From Trichodelitschia bisporula (taxonomy: Eukaryota), in assembly GCA_010356995.1 (NCBI GenBank), contig ML996709.1, positions 200,606-264,605 on the forward strand: 64,000 nucleotides of DNA. The letters are read 5' to 3'. Position numbers and translations under genes: made by a program. The notes under the pieces were generated by a model, which did no database searches, was not told the DNA's origin, and saw nothing but the letters and a program-made list of their open reading frames with translations. How positions within the stretch are numbered: the first letter of the stretch is position 1; every line of letters begins with the position of its first letter. Positions 1-12,487 of the stretch are shown here, piece by piece.

Positions 1-129
1 TAGTTGACATCTCACAGTACACGTATTAGCTTTACTTACGGGTTTTGCTCTCAGAGAAAATCCAGCAGGCCGTTTCCAAATTGCGTGCAGGCTTGCCATC
101 CAAAGAGTTCATCTGGGTAAGCTTCTCCA

Positions 130-1450
130 CGTTTGCATCGGCCTGTCAGGCGACCTACTCACACTTGTCAGCCATATGAAACAGACACGGAATGGCTCAT
201 CGTCGACCATGAGAACCTCAAGTTGCAAGGTCTCCGGCGGTGGGAGATCCTGCGCTCCTTCAAGAGATGCGTTCTTATGGTCGATGACGACCCAGATGTA
301 CACCTAGCTTGTGACGAGCTTCTCCGAATTGTCACCATCAACCTGGCGACTACCCGACCAAACAGATTCCGTCTTGACGCCACCGGCACCAGGCGGTATA
401 TCGAGAACATGATAACTGGCGAGGACGTCTTATCGATCCTCCATTCACCAAGCATCCATTAGAGAAACTGGTAGATCTCGCGGTGGAGGATTTCTTCATC
501 TTCGTGCCCAACCCAGATGGGGAGTATCGTCTGTGAGTGCTACGCCTGTTGGCCGGTTTAGACTCACGCAAGTAGACAAGCTGCTATTGAGCTCTTCCCG
601 TTCGGATGGGAAGTGAACGACAACTTCGGATCGACGGCCGCCGAGCTGGATTACACAGAGTGAGTTGCTTGTTCACGATGAGATAGGATGCTGACACGAC
701 AGGTTTCTCCGCGGTATTTCCAAAGGGCCCGTCCTGAACTGTTACATGACGGGCTTCCAAGCTGACATTTCTGCTCAGCATCTTCGGACGAAGTACTTCG
801 TTCGGGACTCCGAATATTTCTTTCCGGATGGCCTGCACCAGCTGACAGCGGAGAACCTAGTAGCCCGACGCCTGACAATAAACTTCAGGAAGCTGCCAGT
901 CTCCGGCGCTCTGGTTACCGTGGCCCACACGCGCTTGAAGCATTTGACCGACCATACCGACCAGGAACTACGCCAGCTGGTGAAGGAGCTCAACTCAATG
1001 CCGGTTGAGTTATTGAGCCATACTAGCCGCGCCCTTTGGGATGGCCTGGTCCGGGAGTACCGCCGCTCTAGACAGTCCTACCGATCAACTTAACCTGAAA
1101 AAATGGAGTACCTCTTTTAGAGAGTTGACTCGTTACGCTTACCGAAAAGACCGGTCCATTCTGAATACGTGGCTCCATACTTTTGACTTCATATATCAAA
1201 AGAGGCCTTCAGCGGCCCGGCTGCTCTCATTTATGAGCGTCTTTCACGGCCAGACAATTCCGAAAGACGTCCTGTTCGGAAATTATGAAGAGCCGGGTGA
1301 CCCCGAGCCTGGCCTTGACGAGCAAAAGCTCGCCTTTGAGAAGGACGTGGTCATGATCCTGGGCTTCTCTCTTCTGCAAAACTGAGGAGAAAGCAAGTTC
1401 GAGATGCATCATCTTGTACAGCTCACAACCCAGCAGTGGGTTGAGAAGCG
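130..1450 (+). pseudogene. Degraded fungal NLR-type (NB-ARC/winged-helix, TPR-associated) gene fragment
   Basis: ORF 1041-1385 and its readthrough give LNTWLHTFDFIYQKRPSAARLLSFMSVFHGQTIPKDVL...FEKDVVMILGFSLLQN*GESKFEMHHLVQLTTQQW, matching the TWxxSF..SAAxLLSxMS..IP..FEMHxLVQ pattern of fungal NB-ARC-TPR proteins. In-frame stop at 1383-1385; the upstream part is fragmented and the 5' boundary is approximate. Confidence 0.7.
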
Positions 1451-1984
1451 CACATCTCCAGGCTCACCAATGGATCTCGTTTTCATGCCGAACACCTCCT
1501 CTGCAACGGACCCCTGTGATATTTTGACAGCTTACATTGACTATGAATTGGCCGGAGCGACATGTTAGTGAGTTCTCAGAATGCTAAGCAGACTAACCTT
1601 TGACCACTCGTGTCCAGACTTCTGGGTCTCCATTTAGACTCATGATTCTTCATCCTTGCCACTGGCAGGGGCCATCGAAGCCTCAGGAGCCTGTGAGTAG
1701 TCTGTGTTCACTTCAAGTTGCGCCACAAATTTCTCCAACTCACAGACCCTTTGGGCCATTTTGGGCCACATCCAGTCCTAACGAACCTATTTTTCTCAAC
1801 TTTGAGAACTGCGACTAGATATAAAAACCCAGGACTTTTCCAACCTCGATAATCCCCCGATCGGTCAAGCCGATCACGTCCCAGTCCAACGTTGACTTCA
1901 TGGAGGCAACACACTCAGCGGAAAGATGGCTGGAGTTGCATGACATGTCCATGAGACGCTGGTTCCAAGGTTACGCTATTGATC

Positions 1985-2200
1985 CGGTCCAAACTCTCGA
2001 GTGCATGCCCGTTGCCATTACCCAGGCCGCCGCCTACATCAGCCAGGGATCTCCAATTGTCATTGTGTCCTCGTATTTGGAACTCTGTGGAAACAACTTG
2101 AGCGGAAAGCTGGAGTGCTGGCCAAAGACCTTGGCGACATGCGTCGGGAGAATGGAGCGCGGAATTAAATTCTCAGTACGTGGCAGATTCTCGTCATCTG
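1985..2200 (+). pseudogene. Second NLR NB-ARC fragment (GLPL-type helix region)
   Basis: VQTLECMPVAITQAAAYISQ...VSSYLE, then after a frameshift DLGDMRRENGARN*ILSTWQI, resembling the LExMPLAIxQAAAYI...DLRRD...NSILxTWQIS motif of fungal NLRs. Confidence 0.7.
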
Positions 2201-2574
2201 CCCGAGCTATGTCGGCTGACTAGTAATTGGAACTAGGTCTCCCGTTACGAGTGGAATGCATGAACCGGAGAAGCTATCGTTACAGATGATAATTCCCCAG
2301 TTCACGAAGGGGTCGTGACGACCATTGGGGAGGCCCTTGGAATCGCCATGGGCTCAGACGTCCTGCTATCAACAGGACAGGGCGTGCTGGAGTTCGTGGG
2401 TCGGTACGCTGGCTCCGAAAAGATGCCGGATCTCCTTTATCGTTCGAGCACATTAGCCAAGTACGACCTTCGGCTGCTCGGTTGCCCTCGCTGATAAGCC
2501 TTTCGCCTGCCAGGACATTCCGCGATGCCTGCTCCACAACAAGTATGAGGACGAAGCGGTCAACAAGAAAATCA

Positions 2575-3400
2575 TCCCCACCATGTGGACCTTTACATAT
2601 AAGTACGACGAGGAAGGTCGCTTCGTACGACACAAGGCACGATTGGTGATCAGGGGCGACCTTCAGGACGAATTCATGGCAAGCGATGAAGTGTACGCCC
2701 ACACTCTCAGCCTAGCGCATTTCCGGACACTCGCAGCCCACCATCGCAATCTTCGATCTCGATGCATTGGCGTTTGACGCGATCAACGCCTACGCAAGCT
2801 CGGAAATCAATGAGACAGAGCTGCGAAGATAGTCAAAGATCCCAAGTTCATGGTTTCCACTTCAAAGTGGACCGAGGACAACCTGGAGTCGCTCGGAGTC
2901 CAGAGAGAAGAATTGGGGAGTCGGACGCTAGAATCACTAATGGTTCTCGAGAAGTGCCGGAGCTGACTCGGCGTGCCAGGCCTGACACCGCTTTGAAGTC
3001 TTTAAGTACACTAAAGTACTTAAAGAGGGTGTGGGACGGGAGCAGCACTCGCGTCCGTCCCAAAAAGGAGAGGTCATTTACGGTCTCCGGAAAGCACCAA
3101 AAGCCGCCGCATCGGCGGTGACGGTCTCACAATCACAGTACATCCAGAAAGCCCTGGAAAGGTTCGATATGGAGAACGCGGCCGGGCATCAGACTCCGGC
3201 GAACACCAAGGTGGATCTGGACGCCGAAGGGGCCGAAGGCAACTGGTTGAACGACGCACAAGCGGCAACATATGTTGCTCCGGTCGGATGTCTCTCGTGG
3301 GTCGCCAATAGCAGCCGGCCGGATGTCATGTTCTTGGCTCGGAAGTTGGGGAAGAATTGTCACCAGCGCTGGGGCGCATGACTCCTCTGCGCTGCAGACC
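2575..3400 (+). mobile_element. Degenerate Ty1/copia reverse transcriptase relic
   Basis: WTFTYKYDEEGRFVRHKARLVIRGDLQ, FDAINAY, IYGLRKAP, VSQSQYIQKALERF and VGCLSWVANSSRPDVMF are RVT_2 motifs, broken by frameshifts and deletions. Confidence 0.85.
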
Positions 3401-3799
3401 CATGCTACGCATACTGCGACCCGCCAGCACGCATGAATGCCCCCTTGGACGCCGCGACTTTCTCGACCGGCACCCGCGCGTTCGACTACATGAAGGCGTG
3501 TTTGAATTCTACCGGCGAGCCCGTGGACGCGCTGTGGTGCCACGCACAAGTGGATAGTGGCAAGGATTCCGTTTCCCTTCAGGGCCACCAATGGGCACAC
3601 TGCCCGTTGAAGGAGAGCGTGGCGGGAGAAGCAGTCGTATTAGTGTCCTGGTTCCTGGCTGACTTTCCAGCATTGCCATGGAACGGCAGGAATGAACGGA
3701 CGCCCACAATGCAGGTTCATGTAAGACGGTCGATGGAGTCTCTGCAGACATTGACGAGCCCTTTGCTGACTGCAACTATCAGGCGAAGGAAGAAGTGGC

Positions 3800-3880
3800 G
3801 GATTGGGACTCAACTACCCGATATATGACAAAGAACTGCTGGCGATCGTCTCATCGATTGCATGGGTTGAACATCTCGGC
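3800..3880 (+). mobile_element. Ty3/gypsy RNase H-like relic
   Basis: NYPIYDKELLAIV matches the conserved gypsy RT-RNaseH motif NYxxYDKELLAIV; the fragment is short and isolated. Confidence 0.65.
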
Positions 3881-4619
3881 AAATTTCGGGATCTAAGACG
3901 TTACGGCCTGAGCTCATCCTCGGAAAGGCTATCCGGCTCGTTGACGGTCAAATCCAGTTGCAGCTTCGGCTGTTCATCAAGTGTGGTAAAAAGGTCAACA
4001 TGACGAGGGACAAAGACGCTCCATGCAAACACAGGATTCGGCGGGGTCTTTACGGACGAAGGCAAGACCGCGAAGGCAAAAGGGGTCATCTCCCTGACGG
4101 ATGAAGCAATCCTGTGCGTAAACAGTCAAGACCCCGGGGCCCCTCTCGTCCTCCTCGAGTGCAAGCGGAAGAGCCTCACGGAGAAATACAAGTACCAAGT
4201 ACTCGGGGAATGTCTGGGCTGCGTACAAAGCCGGGCATCCAACGCTAAAGCGGACGGCGTTCCGCTCACCAACCGCCGGCTCGTGGTATACTGCATCACG
4301 GCAATCAACGTAGGTGTATGCGGATATCACTCTGCACCGACTGGTCGAAGATCTTCTGCAGTGGACCAGCAGATGTCGACTCAAGCGCTTTGTGCGGGGC
4401 GGGCTTCAGCATAGAAGGGGGACGAAAAAAGAAGAAAGGGTACCAGTTCGACAGACTGGACACCGAGCACTCCAGCGCGCGACATCCTGGTCATGAACGA
4501 AGGCCCACTCCATGAGAGGGTTGGTGGTGAAGAGCGCATATCCCAATGCCAAGAACAACCCAAAAATTCCGCCAAATCGGCACCGCCGTCAAGTCCATGA
4601 TCTTTCTGCCGACCCCTCA

Positions 4620-5015
4620 CGGTGGTGCAGACTCGGCATCATCGCTCGCAAAGCTCATGTCAGTATTCGTTATCATTTCCGAGAACCAGTTTGTAAACAG
4701 CCAGGCAAGGGCATGAAGTCCGTGTGGTGCGGCCTCGAGATGTTCAGGCGTCGCGCGAAGCGGACTTCGTTCCAGGACGAGGAAGATCGGTGGAAGGAAG
4801 TCATGGACTCTACGTTCATGGTGTCGACGTCCAGGCAGCAGGCGCGCCACAACGAGGCTGCCGAACACACAGACGGTGGTCATGGAGCTGGTGACCCGAA
4901 TGCCCGAATGGGATCAAAAGCGTTATTCGTTATGGTCTGATAACCTCTTTACAACCGAGAAGCTCATCGACATCCTCGGTAATAGTGATGTAGGCGCCAC
5001 TGGGACCGCTAGGCG
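4620..5015 (+). mobile_element. piggyBac-like transposase relic
   Basis: WSDNLFTTEKLIDILGNSDVGATGTAR resembles the DNxFTS..L...L...GxGAxGTAR block of fungal piggyBac (DDE_Tnp_1_7) transposases; the upstream KQPGKGMKSVWC resembles KPxKxGxKxW. Frameshifted. Confidence 0.65.
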
Positions 5016-6463
5016 CAGAGCGACGAGAAGAGCGGCGAGGAGAGCGGCGAGGAATCAAGTTACTCCGACGACTCGGAGACTCTCGCCCGGAAGCATCGTT
5101 AGGAGCATTCGAAGGAGACATTGGGAACTGCTTGTACTTGTGGCTACCGGTCCCTCGGCGCTCTTAGTCGAAGCGTCCTTCGACTACCTGCAAAAACAAT
5201 ACCGCAAAACTTCACTTTCGCCTCGAATCGTAACGACGACGGTCCGCCTGCTCCCGGCATTCCAAGACATCATCGACGAGGTGGCGCAGTCGGTGCAGTC
5301 ATCGGTGCTCGCTACATCGGCCTCGCAAATGTCGACTACTCGATGGAGTCAAGAATATGCGCATAGAGATGGATGTCTTGCGATGGTGAATGCAAGACTG
5401 TTGAATGCACACCAGAGGGGGGAGTCTAGCTGGAGCAAGTACGACCTCTCGTACCGATTACTCACGCCTGAGGACACGGCAAACGAATTCAGAGCCATCC
5501 TATTGTCGCCCGACGGGTATGGTGTTCCAAGAAGAATGGGCATAGAGGTGTGGCGGTAGTGATAGTCGGCTCTGAGAGAGGATCGGGTTCGATGTGGTTG
5601 TGACAGGGTGGCCTCCTTCGGGGGCGCCCTCCTTTGGGAGCGCTGTTATATTCAATACCCATTCGAGAGACTGTAAAACACATTGCTTGATCGGAGCCGA
5701 ATGCATCGTGCCTGACAGATGCCGATGTGAGATGAAGAAATGCCTGTAAGGGTGCTACGGACTTCGGTGTGAAGACCGTTAGGGCGTACGTGTCCGGAAC
5801 AAGCTACTGACGTCGAAGGTCAGCCTGCTCCGAACTGAAGACATCAATGAGACGTTCCCCACTGCGTACACTTGTGATGACTAGGTAGAGGCAAGGCATT
5901 TCGATCCTTTCACCTCATATAGGTCTGCAGGATACATCAGTAAGGAGATGCTTGAACATTCGTGGTGATTTGATGCCGGAATCCAAACATGGAGGTGGTT
6001 GTAAGGGCGAATTGATACGCTTGATCGAAAGTCTGCAACTGCACGGAGCAGACGTTTGCCTGACACTCACAGTACATCACGATAATTTCTTTCACTTGAT
6101 GTTCAACGTGAGGAGAATCTTTGAAAGACGACGAAGTTCTGCCTCACAAGGCTCGACGGGGGTTGAAACGGCGGCCCATGGCTACGCTAACCGCAACCGG
6201 TTAAACCCCGGCTCAAGCCCAAAAAGACACGACTCCAACTTTCCTGGGGCAGCGAAGCTGAGTGTGCGGAGAGAGGCCACGGAGAACCACATCGCTTTGC
6301 ACATCCCGATAGCGTCACCGACAAACTCTCACCACTTCCGACCACACCTCGCGCAGCTGTCCTTCTTCCATAATATGCTGCCAGGCAGCGCCTCTCTTTC
6401 ATCGTAGTCTAGCACGCAACCGCTACGCTTTGCCCGGCGCTCGCCTGAGCGCATACCCCCACG

Positions 6464-8698
6464 ATGTCTACGGACTACACATACGATGAGCAGGTACGCT
6501 TGCAAATCTCGAGCCAGACTCCGCTGACCATTGCAGGGACAATTCTTCCCCTACTTCATCCTCACTATCACGTCTATCATCACTCTTCCGCTCACTTACT
6601 CTTTTCTGAGACCCAGCAAAGGTGCGTAGCACGCCGCGACCACGTCGCCGCTAACAGTGTCAGAACTCGAGAACACGGCGCCCCGGATACACTCCGACTT
6701 CAAGCCTGAGCATGCAGACCTCATCGATGGCCAGAAGGCTAAGCAGAAGCGTCGCGAGCGCAAGCTTAAGCGCATGGTGGCTAGCTCCGTCGGCTGGGCT
6801 ATGATGACCTTCATGATCTACCTTATCATCGTCACTGCGCGAACGGTTCCTCAGATCTGGGATCCGTATGATGTGCTGGGTGTTTCGCGGGTATGTTCGC
6901 TGGCTACAATGCAGGCACTACTGACCCGCGCAGTCGGCTACGGAGAAGCAGATTAAGTCGCACTACCGCAAACTGTCCCTTACACAGCATCCGGACAAGG
7001 TCAAGCTGGATGCCGCGGCCAACGTCACCATCGAATCGGTCAACGAGCACTGGGTCGAGATCACAAAGGCGTTCAAAGCTCTCACGGACGAGGAGATTCG
7101 CAACAACTTCCTGCAGTACGGCCACCCCGATGGCAAGCAGAGCTTCAGCATTGGTATCGCGCTACCGCAGTTTTTGGTCGCTGAGGGAAGCGGCAAATAT
7201 GTACTACTGTTCTATGTGGCTATTTTGGCGGTGTTCCTGCCGTGGCTCGTCGGTCGGTGGTGGTATGGCTCGCAGAAGACGACCAAGGACGGCGTCCTCG
7301 TCAACAGCGCTGGCGCCATCTTCCAGGGTTACGAGGATGATCTGAAGCCCGGCGGCGTGCTTGAAGTACTTTGCGGCGGACAGGAGCTTGAAGAGATCCT
7401 CACTGGCAACAAGGCGCACGAAGGCCTGTCTACGGTCGAGAGCCGAGTCGTGGCACCCGGCGAGCTCGGAGCGTTTGCGGGCGGTCTGAGTGCCAGGGAG
7501 AAGGATGCGCTGCTGAAACTAGATGAGGGCGCGAAGCGGAAGGCGCTGGCACTGCTGTGGGCCTACCTTGGACGCCTTGAACTGGGTGATCAGACGTTGA
7601 ATGACGGTATGTATTGCTTGTTCTCTACTCATTTTGCTTACTAACATCGCAGAAAAATTCGAGGTTCCTCCCATCGCGTTCCAGCTCAACGAAGCCTTCG
7701 TCGTCATTGCGCTCGCCTTTGCCAACATTGAGCCGCTCATCTCGTCCTATCACCTGTCACAATGCCTCGTCCAGGCTGTCGCGCCCGGCGCCTCTCCTCT
7801 CCTTCAGCTACCATACTTTACGCCCAAGATCGTCGAAGCGGTTGAGGGTTCCGGGGCGCGCACGCACTGGACCATTCAGCGCTTCATGGCGCTTCCGGCG
7901 GACGTGCGCAAGAGCAAGGTCGTCGGACCAGGACTTCTTACAGGCCAGCAATACCAGGAGGCGAACGCTCTCGCGCTGCGTCTCCCGCTGCTGCGCATCG
8001 AGAAGGCCTTTTTCAAGGTCAACGGCGAGCGCTACGTCACCCCCAACAGTCTCACGCAGTTCGTCATCAAAGCGCGGGTTATCCCGCCTGGTTGGACGGA
8101 CATTCCGGATATCGAAGAGAAGGACCTCGAGGACCCCGATGAGCCGGAGAAGAGCGGCGAGGATGTGAAGCGCATCGCACCCCCGCTTGCGTATGCCCCG
8201 TACTATGCGCGCGATCACTCGCCCCGCTGGCATGTGTTCCTCGGCGATGGCCGGCAGGGCAAGGTCGCTGTTCCGCCATTTACGTTTTCTACCTTTGACA
8301 AGCCTCTCTTTAAGGAGGATGGGACACCGACGTATGCGGTTCAGACGCTGAAGATGCAATTTGGTGCGCCGCCGCAGCCGGGGCAGTACACGTTTGCTAT
8401 GCATATGGTATGCGATAGTTATATTGGTTTCGATGCGAAGGCGAATGTCACGCTGGTTATTGAGGATGCGGGTAAGGCGGAGGATATTGGTGAGGAGGGA
8501 GAGATTTCGGAGCCGGATGAGGGTGAGTTTTTGTCTGTTGTTGTAGAGGGGATGGAGCTAACGCGCGTAGACACGCTTGCTGGGCAGATGAGGGCGCTCC
8601 GCTCGGGAGCCAAGGAGGAATCGGATGATGAGAGCACGACGGAGGGGGATGAGGGGTCGGATACGAGCGAGACGGATACAGACACGGATGAAGACTAG
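6464..8698 (+). CDS. SEC63: ER protein translocation complex subunit Sec63 (J-domain), multi-exon
   Basis: MSTDYTYDEQ/GQFFPYFILT start, WDPYDVLGVS, J-domain HPD near 6988, YGHPDGKQSFSIGIALP, Sec63/Brl domain (CDSYIGFD) and an acidic tail. About five GT-AG introns (~6494, ~6622, ~6891, ~7607, ~8523). Confidence 0.95.
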
Positions 8699-9395
8699 GA
8701 CTGCCGGTTGGGTTTCTAGTTGAATGGCGTTTTGCAGGCATGTTTTGCGGTGTGTGAGCTGGGAGGGGGTTTGGGGGCCAAGGGGGGTATGATGTTTGGC
8801 GGGCCGTTTTGAGGCAGTCTGGGCCGCCTGGAATGCTTGTGGATAGGGTTCTAGTGTACAGTACGATCAGTAAGATGAAAAAGTAGATTCATGAGCTCTG
8901 CACGGTGCGCTATGGTGTTGGTGATATTTATGGTTCGGCGGGCGTCCGTGTGGCGTAACCGCCTTGTAAGGCCGGCCGTGGCGCAAGCTGGGCGTTCGGG
9001 TGCTGACGGCGGGGATGAGAGCTCGAGGTTCGGCGCCGCGACAATACAGCACCGACGGCGTGGCAACGACGGGTGGAGAGGGCGTTGCTCATCCCTTTTC
9101 TGTCTTATCTGTGCTTGCTCCTCATCCTTCTCATCATCGCATTGATCGCTCCGCTCCTGTTCGTCCTCAAGGGAGCTTAAGAGTCGAGGCCTCCTACATC
9201 CGTACTCCGCCTCAAACCGCAAGAAAGGCATCCCACGAAGGCGCGCGCTGATTCGCATGCCTCGTTTTTTGGAGGTTTAGGGACGGATTAACCTGGAGGT
9301 ATGCTGGCTGTTCTGCCTAACAGCGTTCTGCTAACGGGTAGAAGTAGGTGTCTCGCGCATCGCGACCTCATCTCCGCCATCCTCCACGCGCATTC

Positions 9396-11619
9396 ATGAA
9401 TCCCCGCCCCTCAACCTACCTGCCCGCAACCATGAACGCACAACAATCGACGAGCCGGAGGGCGTCCTCGCCCGCTCCTCTCTCCGCCCACTCCGCGCAC
9501 GACGCGAATCCCCTCGCTGGGCCCGCCCATAACGCACCACCCTCGGCACCGTTGACGTCCTTCCCGACATTTTTGACTGATCCGAGCACCCTCGCCCCGC
9601 TGCCGCATACTGTTCCTGATCCGGATCCGTGGGATTGGCCGAATGGGGGCGGGGCGGGGATGGATTTTACGGATTTTGCGTTTTACGATGGGGCGGGAGG
9701 GCTGGATTTCGGGGAGGAGAGGGAGGAAGAGAGAGGGGAGGAAGAGAAGGGAGGAGAGAATGGAACCGAAGCGGAAAAAGAGCCGCAGAAGGAGCCGGAA
9801 AACGATGCACCTACGGAAACGCCAGCGCCCAAGGATAAAGATGTGGTGCCGGAGCCGGCTAAACCGCCGCTTAAGCGCAAGGCTGAGAGCGGTCCGTCGT
9901 CTACGTCGGCGAGCGCGAGTCCGGCGAAGAGGCCTAGCCTCGGCCGGGGATCGGGGCAGGGCGGCCGCGCGATGCTTACACGGAGCCAGGCGGCGCGCGA
10001 CGGCGGGGATAAGAAGGAAGAGGCGGGGAAAGAGCGCGCGCGCCAGCGGCCGCGCATCGTCATCGAGGCGGCACGGGGACTGGCTGGTTTACCCGCGGGC
10101 AAGAGTTTTCCGATCCAGATTGGGAGTGAGATGTTTAGGCTCAGTGGGGCGAGTATTTCTAGTGATGGTGAGTGTCCGGGGAGGTGGGGGTTTGTGGATG
10201 AGGCTGATGTGGGAGAGCACCCAGTTACTTTTCGCATTATTTTGCGGAGCAGTTGCTCCTGACGGGGGGGAAGACGAGTGTGGTCAAGACGCTGTATATT
10301 GATCGGGATCCGGCGACTTTCAGGGATATTGCGCTGCATTTGCAGGGTGAGTGGTCCTTACGAGCTATAGTGACTATACTGATGGGATATAGGATACCAT
10401 GTCCGTCCTCGAGATGAGGAGCATTTCGTACGGCTCTTTGCCGATGCGCAGTTTTACAGCCGTGGGTCCCCCTTTCCGTCCTCCCATGAATGAGAAGCAA
10501 TGCTAATCCCTCCTGATAGTCCCCCGCCTAACTCAACAACTCTTCAAATCCGAAATCTACATCCGCATCGGGCCCCGCGCCTTCCAAATCCCCCGCGAAA
10601 TCTTCGCGTCCCCAGGGGACAGCCCCAATTTCTTCACCCTAGGCTTCGCGCACTTCTTCAGCACGCCCAATGACTCCTTCCCCGGTCTAGATAGGGGGAG
10701 TCTCCTGCGCCCCCCGAGTATAATGCCGCCTAACATCCCGACGCGCGACCCGGGTGTGTTCGCGCAGTTACTGCAGTTGCTCCAGGGGTATGAGGTGCCG
10801 ATTACGAGTCCTGAGCATAGGGGTATGTTGTTGCGGGATGCGCGGTATTTCCATCTTAAGGGCGTGGAGCAGCGCTTGCTTCCGTGCGAGATTAGTTATA
10901 ATGCCCTGCGCTCCCGGTCTGAGATCCAGCTTAGGCTGGAGGACGTCCGGCAGAGCGGCGTGTCCTTCGCGCCGGACCCTGCGCCAGAGGAGGCGCACGC
11001 CACGCCCGCCGACGGGAGCACGCCTGTGTCGAGCGTGGGCGGGTTCGACATAGCGCGGGCCGGGTACGTGAATTACCGGCGGCCGTTCGTGGACGCGGCG
11101 GCACATGAACTCGTGCTTGAGATTGGGGGCGAGAGTATGGTGGTTGATATACCGGCTATGAGGGGGGCGTTTGTGGGCGAGATGAAGGCGAGGGTTGCGG
11201 CGCTGCTGGGGGTTGTGGCAGCGAAGGGAGGGTTGAGTGCTATGCATTTACCGTTGGGGTTGATGATGGTGCAGAGTGGGGGGGGGTTGGAGAGGCAGGC
11301 TGCTAGTCCGGCGAATTCGGGGGTTAGTGGGGAGAGGGTTAGGGTGCGGGTGGGGGAGAGTTGTGCTGTGTGGCTGGATGGGGTGGAGGTTAGGTGGGGG
11401 GAGGGGGAGAATGTGCCTGGTTTGCCGGCGGTTGGGAAGTGGGTGGAGGGGAGGAGGGTGGGGGATGTGAGGGAGTGGGTTGTTAAGAGGGGGCTTTGGA
11501 GACTACGGGTGGAGAGGGGGGAGGGTGGCGGGGTGGAGGTTGTGTTTGAGGGGGTTAGGGTTGAGGGGGCTAGTGCGGAGAGGTGGAGGAATGGGGGGAG
11601 GGCGTTTTTGGGGGGGTGA
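9396..11619 (+). CDS. Tandem BTB/POZ (K-channel tetramerisation-like) domain protein, multi-exon
   Basis: FPIQIGSEMFRLSGASISSD/APSYFSHYF, TLYIDRDPATFRDIALHLQGY, and a second repeat RDPGVFAQLLQLLQGY...LLRDARYFHLKG. Several short introns between 10168 and 10519; start codon uncertain (9396 or 9433). Confidence 0.8.
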
Positions 11620-11726
11620 AAGCTGGGGGAGGGGGAGGATGTAGTGTAATGGTAATTTGAGAGTTCTTATGGATTGAGGCTGGTTGTGAGGGGGTGTTTA
11701 TTGGTGATGATATCGCGGTCGGGCTG

Positions 11727-11745
11727 CTAACCCTAACCCTAACCC
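11727..11745. repeat. Short interstitial telomere-like repeat (CCCTAA)~3
   Basis: ctaaccctaaccctaaccc is read directly in the sequence. Confidence 0.6.
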
Positions 11746-12141
11746 TCGCCCTCGTCACCGTGTGCTTTGAGTTGTCATAATCACCTCATGAGTGGCCCAC
11801 CGGATTCAGAGCTTGGGTGACTTGTAGGATAAGGCTGGTACCTCTCAAAGCTTCCTTCCTTCGGTCTAATCATTGAACTCTCGCATCGCCTTCGGAACGC
11901 TCGTTTTGCCCCTAAGTGGTCCTCCGGTGTTCCCAAGCACACCCTTTACACGCGTTGCCTCAAAGGAATGCTGAGCACATACCAACTTACCAAAAGCTCA
12001 GAACCTTGCACCACCATCCGCCCATGAACTTAACGTAATTTCGGGAGACTCTCCTTCGTCGCTCAGCTTCCGCCGGTCAAAGGTTGACCTTATGTTTTTT
12101 TAGGCTTATATGTTTGGAATTGCAGCATTCTACCATCAATT

Positions 12142-12257
12142 GGCTCAATGGTCTAGAGGTATGATTCTCGCTTCGGGCCATTCAATACTCCCCCCAGCAA
12201 AGCTGGGTTCCGCAAGGAATTTGCGAGAGGTCCCGCGTTCGACTCGCGGTTGAGCCC
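12142..12257 (+). tRNA. tRNA-Pro (anticodon CGG) with 44-nt intron (12178-12221)
   Basis: Acceptor stem GGCTCAA/TTGAGCC, A-box TGGTCTAGAGG, anticodon stem CTCGC/GCGAG, B-box GTTCGACTC and a downstream T-run. Confidence 0.93.
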
Positions 12258-12487
12258 AATTCTTTTTGTATTTTTGCGGTATGCTGCCATTTTGATGGCA
12301 GAGTATACTTTTTTGCCTCAGGGAAGTTCGACTACAATTTTGGCGTTGGTTGGTGGTGTATGGTTGTCGCCCAGCTTTGTAGAAACACAGTCTCAGCCTT
12401 GCAGCAGAGGAACACGCTGAAACAGGCAGGATGTAAAAGGGATAACTTGAATAATGGACATTGTCCGAATGAACAGAATATATATTC

